Assembly: GCA_002269645.1 (NCBI GenBank)
Contig: NIVC01003042.1
Coordinates: 1 to 50,981 of the forward strand
Length of the DNA stretch: 50,981 bases
DNA from: Macrostomum lignano
Taxonomy: Eukaryota
Direction of reading: 5' to 3'
The position numbers and the translations under genes were made by a program. The first letter of the stretch is position 1. Each line of letters begins with the position of its first letter. Below the pieces are notes generated by a model. The model was not told the origin of the DNA. It was given only the letters and a program-made list of their open reading frames with translations, and made no database searches. Shown piece after piece: positions 34,895 through 46,800 of the stretch.

Positions 34895-37800
34895 ATGGCA
34901 TCACCATGGATTCTACAATGGCTACTGGTTGTATTGGCACTCTGCCAACTGGGCAGTTCTGAGACAGTTTTACCCAATAGAATCGATGTCAACGCCCGCT
35001 GGGACCTGGCTCGTAGTCCCTACATAGCCACTACAGACGTGATCATTCCAGAGAGTGTGACAGTCACTGTGGATCCTGGAGTGGAAATCCGGCTGGCTGC
35101 ACAACGCCGATTGCAAGTTTTTGGCACCATTTCTGCCAAGGTTTGCAGGCTTCAATAGTTAATTTTACTTTTATGAATGTGTTTTAATGCCTCTGATGAC
35201 GAGACATTTGGTTTGATAAGCATGTCAAGCTATTGCTGCAGTTTGCTCACATGGTACAGCTATGTTGCACTCTTAAAATCGAATTCAATAGTCAATCACG
35301 TGACTTGCTTCTAATTGGCTGAACCTACAGTCAAATATTCTCTTTTATCGCGTGCCTTGCTTCCGATAGGCTGAACCTACAGTCAAATATTCTCTCTTAT
35401 CACGTGCCTTTCTTCCGATTGGCTGAGCTCCAGTCGCATATTCTCTCTCATCACGTGACTTGCTTCTAATTGGCTGAACCTCCAACCACATATTCTCTCT
35501 TATCACGTGCCTTGCTACCGTTTAGCTGAACCTCCAGTCACATATTCTCTCTCATCACGTGACTTGCTTCTAATTCGCCGAGCCTCCAGTTGCATATTCT
35601 CTCTAGGAAAATGAGTCTACCAAGCGCATTATACGCTAACAATATTCAGGGCACAGCAACGCAGCGCATCACCATGACTAAAGTCAGCCCGTCAGCGGAT
35701 CCCGGTTACGTTGTGCCGAAGGCGCTGCGCCTTGTCTATGGCTTCACCTATGAGGTTCGCGACGGCTGGGCGCAAGGGTTTTATAAAAACCGGTGGCGTA
35801 ACATCTGCAGCCGGAACAGAGAGTGAGTTAAATGATAAGCGCCTTTTGTTATGTCGACATTCTAAGCGTTTTTAATAAGTCAAACTACAAAAACTTATCC
35901 AGCTGGTCCAAAATTGACTGTCGCGTGGCCTGTCGCGAACTGGGATTCTCGGACGGCAATTTCACTCTGCTATCAGTGGCTGAGAATTACACAACTGGCA
36001 TTGTTTATACCGCGCCCGCTTGCCATGGCAACGAGTCCAGCATATTCGATTGTCCAGGCGCTCGCGACATCGAAATGGGCTGGGACGTCTGCCACATCCA
36101 AGAGCTGGTGGGGCTCTACTGCTGGGGCGCCAACATGGACAAGTTCAAGGACCACTGGTGGGGCATCGAGGTTAGTAAAGTTCAGCTGAGCTGATACTCA
36201 CACCCCACTCCGCCACCTCACTCCCACCTAATTCCGCCTACGTACCCACCTCACTCCGCCTACTCACCTAACTCACTCCGCCTATGCACCCACCTCACTC
36301 CGCCTATGCACCCACCTCACTCCACCTACGCACCTAAATCACTCCGCCTACGCACCTACCTCACTCCACCTACGCGCCTAACTCACTCCGCCTACGCACC
36401 CACCTCACTCCGCCTACTTACTCACCTAACTCACTCCGCCTACGCACCCATTTCACTCCGCCTACGCACCTATTTCACTCCGCCTACGCACCTATTTCAC
36501 TCCGCCTACGCACCCCTCACTACGCATTTCTCCGCCGCCAGATGTACAACGCCACCAGGCAGCTGCAGTCGCTGCACACGCCCAATACCCAGATGAATCG
36601 GTCGCGTTCCGAGTTCGAATTCGTGGACATCATGTACGCCGGCGTCAACACCACTCTGCACAATGTTGCCGCCTTCAGCGCCAGCCCCTATCCGCCCTTC
36701 CTGCTCAACATGCGCTTCATGCACAACGCATTTGACGCTATTAACCTCACCCAGATCAAAGGCCCCGTCCGGATCTGGGACAGCGAATTCGCCAATAATC
36801 GCGGCCACGGATTCCACGTTCAGACCGCCGTCGGCATGGTGGACCTACGCCGCGTGCGCTCGCACGACAACGGCGGCGACGGTGGCGTCGTCAGGATGAT
36901 GGACTATCACTGGCAGGAGATCGAGGAGGAGATCACGCAGTCCGATACGGTCAGTCCTAGCTAAGCTCTTGTTTCACTTAGACATGTGAAGTTCCCCATA
37001 TTTCATATTTCCCGTATCCTACATATTTTTGACACCCTTAATTCTCCAAATCTCACACTCTCCATCCCCACATCCCCATACCACACATTTCCATACCCCA
37101 TATCCCCATAACCCGCATCCCCATAGCCCACATCCCCAGGGGCGTCGCCATGGATTTAATGGTGGGGGGACAAAGCCAATAATTCTACATGTACATTTTC
37201 ATGACTAAATTTCTACATTTCCATTATTTTGAGAATCGTGTTGTCAGCGCTCATTTTGGCGCCATAGGCACTCATTTTGGCGCCTTAGGCACTCAGTTTG
37301 GCGCCTTAGGCACTCAGTTTGGCGCCGAAGGCACTCATTTTGGCGCCATAGGCACTCATTTTGGCACCATAGGCACACAGTTTGGCGCCTTAGGCACTCA
37401 TTTTGGCGCCATAGGCACTCAGTTTGGCGCCTTAGGCACTCATTTTGGCGCCTTAGGCACTCATTTTGGCGCCGAAGGCACTCATTTTGGCGCCTTAGGC
37501 ACTCATTTTGGCGCCTTAGGCACTCATTTTGGCGCCATAGGCACTCATTTTGGTGCCGAATGCGCTACAAAGCATTTGCATGTCCCCCCATAGCTTTTAC
37601 TGCGGGGACATGTACCCCCGTCCCGTCCCCCCCCGGTGGCGACGCGCCTGCACATCCCCATAACCCAAATCCCCATAACCCACATCTCCATAACCCACAT
37701 TCTCATATGCCACATTCCCATGCTCCAAATTCCCATACCCCACATAACCATATCCCACACACCCATACCCTTAATTTGCATATCTGACACATATCCCTCA

Positions 37801-40800
37801 TTGCCCAATAATCATACATAATTTTCCATTTGTAAACCCCCATTCTCTTCCTCGCCAGGTCCGCCTCTGCTGGGACGATCCGTCAACGCAAAGTCCCAGA
37901 TTCCCGTTCCTCATCGAGGCCAAAGGCCGGGTGCCGTCAACCATTGACGTGAACATCTGCCAGAAGACTGTGCAGACAGACTACCTCGGCCAGCTACTGA
38001 CTGTATCCATGCTGGAGGCCGAGCTGGACCCCGAGGCCTACGCCCTGATCCGCATCTACGACCAGATGTCCTCCAACCTGCAGGTGGCCTTCTGGAACGT
38101 CAGCATGCGTAACGACACCAAGCCGCCGAAGCCCTTCATCTATCAGGGCGTCGTGTCAAGGCGCCAGATGCTCCGCATTGAGATGACCTGGGTGAAGTCC
38201 ACCCGGCTGACAAGGTGCACCACATTTGAGCCGTGCGTTCGAGTTATTCTACAGGTGAGACTGTACAGGCTATAATTCTACTAATTTTCAGCCATTCAAA
38301 TACATGTATGACCGATTTTTTCCCACGTTGTGTATTTAATAGATTTCTTATCCCACACTCCCCATATCCTACACTCCCCTTATCCCACACTCCCCATATC
38401 CTACACTCCCCTTATCCCACACTCCCCATATCCTACACTCCCCTTATCCCACACTCCCCATATCCTACACTCCCCTTGTCCCACACTTCCCAATATTTCA
38501 CGCTCCCCATATCCGACACTCCCCATATCCCACACTCCCCAATATTTCACACTCCCTATATCCCACACTTTCTATATCCCACACTCCCCATATCCCATAT
38601 TCCCTATATCCCACATTCCCCATATACCACACTTTCCAATATTCCACATTTCCCACATCCCACACTCCCCATATCCCACACCCCATATCCCACACCAGTC
38701 ACTTCGAAACTCCCTCACTCTCCCCAGGTGTCGGTAGACAACGGCCGCAAGATGTCAGAGCTTTCGGTGTCCGAGTCGGACTTCTCGTCAAACGTACAAC
38801 GCGGCCTGACCGTGGCCAACCCGTGGACCTACGTAGTGGTCAGGGAGAGCACTTTCCGAGCCAACCTGTTCGATGCCGGCCTGAAGATTGTCAATGGCTC
38901 AACGGACGTGTTCGTCAATAGGACTAATTTCCTTGGCAACGAGAGATCCGGACTCAACATCAGCACGGCCAGCGGTCTGCGAGTGGTCAACGCCAGCAGT
39001 TTCCAGTACCAGCAGGGGTTCGGCATGGACGTGTGGCACCAGTACGAGAACCAGACCCGGTTCGGCACGACCGGGTATCCAAGGCAGACTGAGGTGTTCA
39101 CCTCGAACTTTAGCTGGAACAGCGAGGCGGCTGCGAGGTGAGCTCACTGCCAGTAGCTTAGTGTCATAGATTGTTGTCGGTACTTTTAGGGTCATAGATT
39201 GTTGTCGGTACTTTTAGGGTCATAGATTGTTGTCGGTACTTTTAGTGTCATAGATTGTTGTCGGTACTTTTAGGGTCATAGATTGTTGTCGGTACTTTTA
39301 GTGTCATAGATTGTTGTCGGTACTTTTAGGGTCATAGATTGTTGTCGGTACTTTTAGTGTCATAGATTGTTGTCGGTACTTTTAGGGTCATAGATTGTTG
39401 TCGCTAGTTTTAGGGTCATAGATTGTTGTCGGTACTTTTTGGGTCATAGATTGTTGTCGGTACTTTTAGTGTCATAGATTGTTGTCGGTACTTTTAGGGT
39501 CATAGATTGTTGTCGGTACTTTTAGTGTCATAGATTGTTGTCGGTACTTTTAGGGTCATAGATTGTTGTCGGTACTTTTAGTGTCATAGATTGTTGTCGG
39601 TACTTTTAGGGTCATAGATTGTTGTCGGTACTTTTAGTGTCATAGATTGTTGTCGGTACTTTTAGGGTCATAGATTGTTGTCGCTAGTTTTAGGGTCATA
39701 GATTGTTGTCGGTACTTTTTGGGGTCATAGATTGTTGTCGGTACTTTTAGGGTCATAGATTGTTGTCGGTACTTTTAGGGTCATAGATTGTTGTCGGTAC
39801 TTTTAGTCATAGATTGTTGTCGGTACTTTTAGGGTCATAGATTGTTGTCGGTACTTTTAGTGTCATAGATTGTTGTCGGTACTTTTAGGGTCATAGATTG
39901 TTGTCGCTAGTTTTAGGGTCATAGATTGTTGTCGGTACTTTTTGGGTCATAGATTGTTGTCGGTACTTTTAGGGTCATAGATTGTTGTCGGTACTTTTAG
40001 GGTCATAGATTGTTGTCGGTACTTTTAGTGTCATAGATTGTTGTCGGTACTTTTAGGGTCATAGATTGTTGTCGGTACTTTTAGTGTCATAGATTGTTGT
40101 CGGTACTTTTAGGGTCATAGATTGTTGTCGGTACTTTTAGTGTCATAGATTGTTGTCGGTACTTTTAGGGTCATAGATTGTTGTCGGTACTTTTAGGGTC
40201 ATAGATTGTTGTCGGTACTTTTAGGGTCATAGATTGTTGTCGGTACTTTTAGGGTCATAAATTGTTGTCGGTACTTTTAGGGTCATAGATTGTTGTCGGT
40301 ACTTTTAGGGTCATAGATTGTTGTCGGAACATTTAGGGTCATAGATTATGGTCGGTACTTTTTGGGTCATAGATTGTTGTCGGTACTTTTAGTGTCATAG
40401 ATTGTTGTCGGTACTTTTAGGGTCATAGATTGTTGTCGGTACTTTTAGGGTCAAACATTATTGTCGGAACTTCATGGTCATAGATTATTTTCGGTAGTTT
40501 TAGGGTCATAGATTGTTGTTGGTAGTTTTAGGGTCATAGATTGTTGTTGGTAGTTTTAGGGTCATAGATTGTTGTTGGTAGTTTTAGGGTCATAGATTGT
40601 TGTCGGAACATTTAGGGTCATAGATTGTTGTCGGTACTTTTTGGGTCAAACATTATTGTCGGAACATTTAGGGTCATAGATTGTTGTCGGTACTTTTTGG
40701 GTCAAACATTATTGTCGGAACTTTTATGGTCATAGATTTTTTTCGGTAGTTTGAGGGTCATAGAATATTGTCAGTAGTTTTAGGGTCATAGATTATTGTC

Positions 40801-43800
40801 AGTAGTTTTAGGGTCATAGATTGTTGTCGGTACTTTTAGGGTCATAGATTGTTGTCGGTAGTTTTAGGGTCATAGATTGTTGTTGGTAGTTTTAGGGTCA
40901 TAGATTATTGTCGGTAGTTTTAGGGTCATAGATTGTTGTTGGTAGTTTTAGGGTCATAGATTGTTGTTGGTAGTTTTAGGGTCATAGATTGTTGTTGGTA
41001 GTTTTAGGGTCATAGATTGTTGTTGGTAGTTTTAGGGTCATAGATTGTTGTCGGTAGTTTTAGGGTCATAGATTGTTGTCGGTACTTTTAGGGTCATAGA
41101 TTGTTTTCGGTAGTCTTAGGGTCATAGATTGTTGTCGGTACTTTTAGGGTCATAGATTGTTTTCGGTAGTCTTAGGGTCATAGATTATTGTCGGTAGTTT
41201 TTGGGGTCATAGATTGTTGTTAGTATTTTTAGAGTCATAGATTATTGTCGGTAGTTTTAGGGTCATAGATTGTTGTTGGTAGTTTTAGGGTCATAGATTG
41301 TTGTTGGTAGTTTTAGGGTCATAGATTATTGTTGGTAGTTTTAGGGTCATAGATTATTGTCGGAACTTTTATGGTCATAGATTATTGTCGGTAGTTTGAG
41401 GGTCATAGAATATTGTCAGTAGTTTTAGGGTCATAGATTATTGTCGGAACTTTTATGGTCATAGATTATTGTCGGTAGTTTGAGGGTCATAGAATATTGT
41501 CAGTAGTTTTAGGGTCATAGATTATTGTCGGTAGTTTTAGGGTCATAGATTGTTGTTGGTAGTTTTAGGGTCATAGATTGTTGTTGGTAGTTTTAGGGTC
41601 ATAGATTATTGTTGGTAGTTTTAGGGTCATAGATTATTGTCGGAACTTTTATGGTCATATATTATTTTCGGTAGTTTGAGGGTCATAGAATATTGTCAGT
41701 AGTTTTAGGGTCATAGATTATTGTCGGAACTTTTATGGTCATAGATTATTGTCGGTAGTTTGAGGGTCATAGAATATTGTCAGTAGTTTTAGGGTCATAG
41801 ATTATTGTCGGTAGTTTTAGGGTCATAGATTGTTGTTAGTAGTTTTAGAGTCATGGATTCTTGTCGGGTTTACACTGATTATGCTTGGTTCCCTCTTTCC
41901 CACCAGATTCTACAACTCGTGCGACACGCACAACATTGTGGTGAATAACAGCGACTTCCGCCAGAACCAACGCCAAGGCATCCTGGCCGTCTCCTGTCTG
42001 TACAGCCCCCGCGGGTGACCAACTTCACCGTGGCGTTCAGCCAGTTTGCTGAAAATGTTCGCAACGCAATCGAAGTGGCCCCAATGCTGAACATGATTGG
42101 CAGGATAACTAATAACACATTTGAAAGGCACAACAGATCTGTAGTGCTCATTGACAATGGCATCAATTTTGTACAGCAGAGAATCTATGCTACAATGTCG
42201 GTGAAGTACGCTATCGAGTACAATATATTCCAGTACAATAGCGGCTATTTTGTATTGAACACCCGGCTGCTGCTGAATAGCGTGGTGCAGAGCATCGCTA
42301 TTATGTACAATAAATTCATTGACAATGCCATCAAGAAGGCGCCAGGGTTCCTCAATCCCCGAAGCAGCGTGCAGGCCGTAGTGATTCTCAGCTCCGACCA
42401 GAGTCAGCTGGCATTCTGCAGGAACTACATCAATAATACTCAGTCGGATTATGAGATTGGCACACATCTAATGTCGCCAATGTCCTCGGTGAATGCCACT
42501 CTCAATTTCTGGGGCACCCCGGCCGATCTGCGGGTTGGCACCTGGGACAGCGTTGCTCCGTTGGTGTTCGCCAGGCTGTTTGACAAGATTGCCAGGTGAG
42601 TGAATGACTTGGGGGGAACTGGTCAACGGGTTTTGTATGCCGCAGACTCTGTTCTCCAATAATTAGTCTTTGTTTCGTACAACAACAGTCCTTGTCGGGT
42701 GCTGTCATGTACCTAGATTTGAAATGGAGACCTCAACGTATTGTCAAAGAAGACACCTGCTGGTCATCTTGCCTGGTCTTCGTCTCAAATCACCAGTCTT
42801 AGTCTTATATAAGTTTATATTGCAGGTACATCACCAGTCTTTGTCTCATATAACCAGTCTTTGTCTCATATAACCAGTCTTTGTCTCATGGTCAGTCTTT
42901 GTCTCGTATGACCAGTCTGTCTCATAAGACTAGTCTTTGTCTCATATGGCCTTTCTTTGTCTCATATGGCCTTTCTTTGTCTCATATGGCCAGTTTTTGT
43001 CTCATATGGCCTGTCTTTGTCTCATATGGCCAGTCTGCCTCAGAACTGGCTCTGTATCGTTGTATCGTATTGCCAGTCTTGCCCAATATCAGCAGCCATA
43101 AATAAATAACAGCTCGCACAATTTTATCCCACTTGAATTGGCAGGTACACCCTGGCCCGGATCAAGTACTGGCCAGTGCTCAAAGAGCGCCTGCTCAACA
43201 CGGACAAGAACACGTTTGACACGCCCGAGTTCATCTATAGGTTCCGAGAGGGCTCGTCCAGAATCATTGGCGGCCCGATATTGGACGAGTTCATCTCCCA
43301 GGTCACCCTGGAAGGCGGGTCTATCAGGTAAGTCTCATTAGCAAACGGTAAATTTCTGGGTTAATTGCTGTGTTGTCCGCGTCCCCCTTTTCAAACCTGG
43401 AAAAGCAATGACCCTAAGCTACTGAGCAGCTATTGCCCTAAGCTACTGAGCAGCTATGACCCTAAGCTACTGAGCAGCTATGACCCTAAGCTACTGAGCA
43501 GCTATGACCCTAAGCTACTGAGCAGCTATGACCCTAAGCTACTGAGCAGCTATGACCCTAAGCTACTGAGCAGCTATGACCCTAAGCTACTGAGCAGCCA
43601 TGACCCTAAGCTACTGAGCAGCTATGACCCTAAACTACTGAGCAGCTATGACCCTAAGCTACTGAGCAGCCATGACCCTAAGCTACTGAGCAGCTATGAC
43701 CCTAAACTACTGAGCAGCTATGACCCTAAGCTACTGAGCAGCTATTGCCCTAAGCTACTGAGCAGCTATGGCCGTAATTTGGACAATTTAGCACAAAGAG

Positions 43801-46800
43801 AAGGCATTCAGCATGTCAAAAAATGAAATATTAACAATGAAACCCGCAGGTAACCCGCGACATATTCGTGCCCCTTCGCAACAAGCTCGTCATCCAGCCC
43901 GGCGCCCGTTTAGAATTCGACAATTCCGTCGGTATCTTCGTTGAAGGCTCCCTGACAGTTGGCGGCACACCCTCTCAGCCGGTGACCTTCACCATGGGCC
44001 CCGGGCAGTACCTGGGCGGCCTGGGCTCAGCCAATCACAGCGTCGCTAACGGCACCTCCAACGGCACAGACCCTGGCGCCGGCGTCAACGTCCGCCTAGC
44101 CGACGGTCGCAGCTTCGCCGAGGGCCGATTAGAGATTCAAATTGACGGCGTCTGGGCACCGTGTGCGACCGCGACTTCGAACTGGCCGAGGCCAACATCG
44201 TCTGCAACATGCTGGGCCTGGTGGCGCACCCGGCCGACTGGCAGCTGCTGCCTGCCGAGCGCCGGCCCGGCCCAGCCTCCATGCCGATCCTGCGGTCCGG
44301 GCTGCAGTGCCAGCCCTGGGACCTAGACATCCGCGCCTGCCCTGCCGACGGACCCAGCGATCACAGCTGCGACCACAGTCGGGATGTTCACCTGCGCTGC
44401 AAGCGGAAGGCCTGGGCCGGCCTGCGGTTCACCGCGTCGAACGATTTGAGCACAGTCACGCATCTTAACTTGGACACGGGCGGGCTTTTGGACTATTTTC
44501 GAATGTACTTTTCACCCGGAGTGCAGGTGCGTTCTAGCTAGTAGCGCCTTGGCAACACTAGTTTTACCTAGCCTAGTATTCTAGCGCGATGCTCTGATGT
44601 GCCAGCGGCCCGGGCTCGATTCCAAGTTCAGTCGCATTGATTTGGGTCTAAATTGGAATCTCGGCTTGGCTCTGCTCGTGCAGTTAACGCCATTGAGAGC
44701 CGACCCCCAATGTACATTGAAGTGTACATGCCTGACGATTGGAAAATCAGGGCGGCTGTACACCCTGTGTGAATTTGAGCACAACTGCTCGCCTCCTCGC
44801 TGACTTTTCAAAGACTCAAGCGACTGTATAATGCGATTGAGAGGCGACTGTTGAGTCATGAACGCGTCATTTTGTGAGTTTTAGAATCGTTAAAAAGCCG
44901 CGAAAAAGTCGTTCAATAGTCGTTGTGTTGGCGCTGAACTTTCTACTAACTCAAGTAGACTAAATAGAGTTGTCATAAATTCGAAATGCGATTCTAATTC
45001 ATAAAGTGACCCAGATGCGCCTTAGACGCAACTCAGTGATTCTGCAGCGACTCTATGGCCCTAGAGTCATATATTAAAGAAGTCCCCCAGAGTCACTTGC
45101 GTCGCCCAGAGTTGTTTCAGAGTCGCAGAAGACGATAAAACGCCACAAATAGCTCTTAGGCGACTCTTTCACGACTTTTGGCGACTTGTACCGTGACATC
45201 TCGTCGTTTTAAGAGTCGTCTAGAGTCACTTCTTTCCTATTTTACCTGTGTTACCTGCAACGACACTGAGATGACTCTGGGACGCTTCTTGGTCTGGGTA
45301 ACTTTTTTATAGAAGCTGCGGGTTGACCTGTCAACTAACTGAATTTAGTCTCCCCCATCCCGTTGCCAGGTGGACTATAACAAGCATCTGTTCCAGAATG
45401 TTCGAGTCTCCAACTGCCTTTCGCACGGGTTTGTTGTGCTGCACAATGAGCTTTACCGGGACAACCGGCTTAGCAACTGCCAGCTGACTGGTAACCTTGG
45501 CAACGGAGTGCTGATCCGCAGCCCCCTGATCGGCCTCACCGCCTGCAACATGTCAAACAATCAGGGCTCGGGATTCGAGTACAACCCCGGCTTCACCGAG
45601 CAGGAAGCTTACGAGTTTCGTTCGTCGTTTCCGCCAGTTCGCAAAACTATGCTAACTAGCCTGACCGCCTCTTCGCCTCAGGTGATTGGCATTCAGTCCA
45701 GCGACACCGACTACCTGGTCACCAACCCGAGCGCCAGTGCCGTCAGCGGCGTCTACCGGGTGCAGCTGAACGCCGGCCAGTCAGAGCAGCGGCTCATCCT
45801 CACCGTGGTGGACTTTAACCCGGACCCAGCCTGGGAGCGGGTCACCATCTACGATGTGGCTGCCGCTTCAGTTAATGAGAATTCGCCAAAATGGCGCATT
45901 CCAGAGGATCTGGTACTGTTTCCCGCTGTATCCTCGGGCGCCGCGGTCACGGTGGAGTACCGAGTGAAGGGTCCCGTCACGGACAAGCTGGCTCTGATAG
46001 TGCAATCGTCGGATATGCGCGGCATGCCCGAGGCTAATTATCGAGACTACTATCCGCCTACCAAACTGTTGCTTAGCAACTGCCAGATGATCGGCAACGC
46101 CAAGGGTATTTCTATTACGCATTATAACGACGGTACCGACGACCAGTTGTCGAGGGTGTACATCAGGCGGCGGTTTGAAACCATCGAGATGACTGGATTG
46201 ACCATTGCGGACAATCGGCAATACGGCCTTCACGTGCCGAGTGTCAGTCCGTATCAGGTAACTATTGGGTCTTGATAGGCTCTGCAACTGTGACTGAGTA
46301 GGCTCTGCAACTGTGACTGAATAGGCTCTGCAACTGTGACTGAGTAGGCTCTGCAACTGTGACTGAATAGGCTCTGCAACTGTGACTGAGTAGCTTTGCA
46401 ACTACGAGTATGTCTGAGTAGCACTGCAACTATGACTGAGTACCCCTGCAACTGTGACTGAGTAGACTCTTCATTCATGACTGAGTAGGCTCTTCAATCA
46501 TGACTGAGTAGACTCTTCATTCATGACTGAGTAGGCTCTTCAATCATGACTGAGTAGACTCTTAATTCATGACTGAGTAGGCTCTTCAATCATGACTGAG
46601 TAGACTCTTCATTCATGACTGAGTAGGCTCTTCAATCATGACTGAGTAGACTCTTAATTCATGACTGAGTAGGCTCTTCAATCATGACTGAGTAGACTCT
46701 TAATTCATGACTGAGTAGGCTCTTCATTCATAACTGAGTAGGCTCTTCATTCATAACTGAGTAGGCTCTTCAATCATAACTGAGTAGACTCTTCATTCAT

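Noticed and set aside
37189-37593. GTHFGAL repeat protein
   Set aside because: Translation of the 21-bp array inside the MITE.
22685-41840. CRISPR-like arrays (28-35-bp repeats)
   Set aside because: Units are head-to-tail with no unique spacers, there are no cas genes, and they lie inside spliceosomal introns.
39160-41840. Interstitial telomere
   Set aside because: TTAGGG occurs once per 28-bp unit, never as tandem hexamers.
42016-42018. In-frame TGA in bark as selenocysteine or readthrough
   Set aside because: Coding continues in a different frame; one extra C in the 42006-42010 run restores SPPRVTNF.
43365-43826. SSYDPKLL repeat protein
   Set aside because: Translation of the 24-bp intronic minisatellite.
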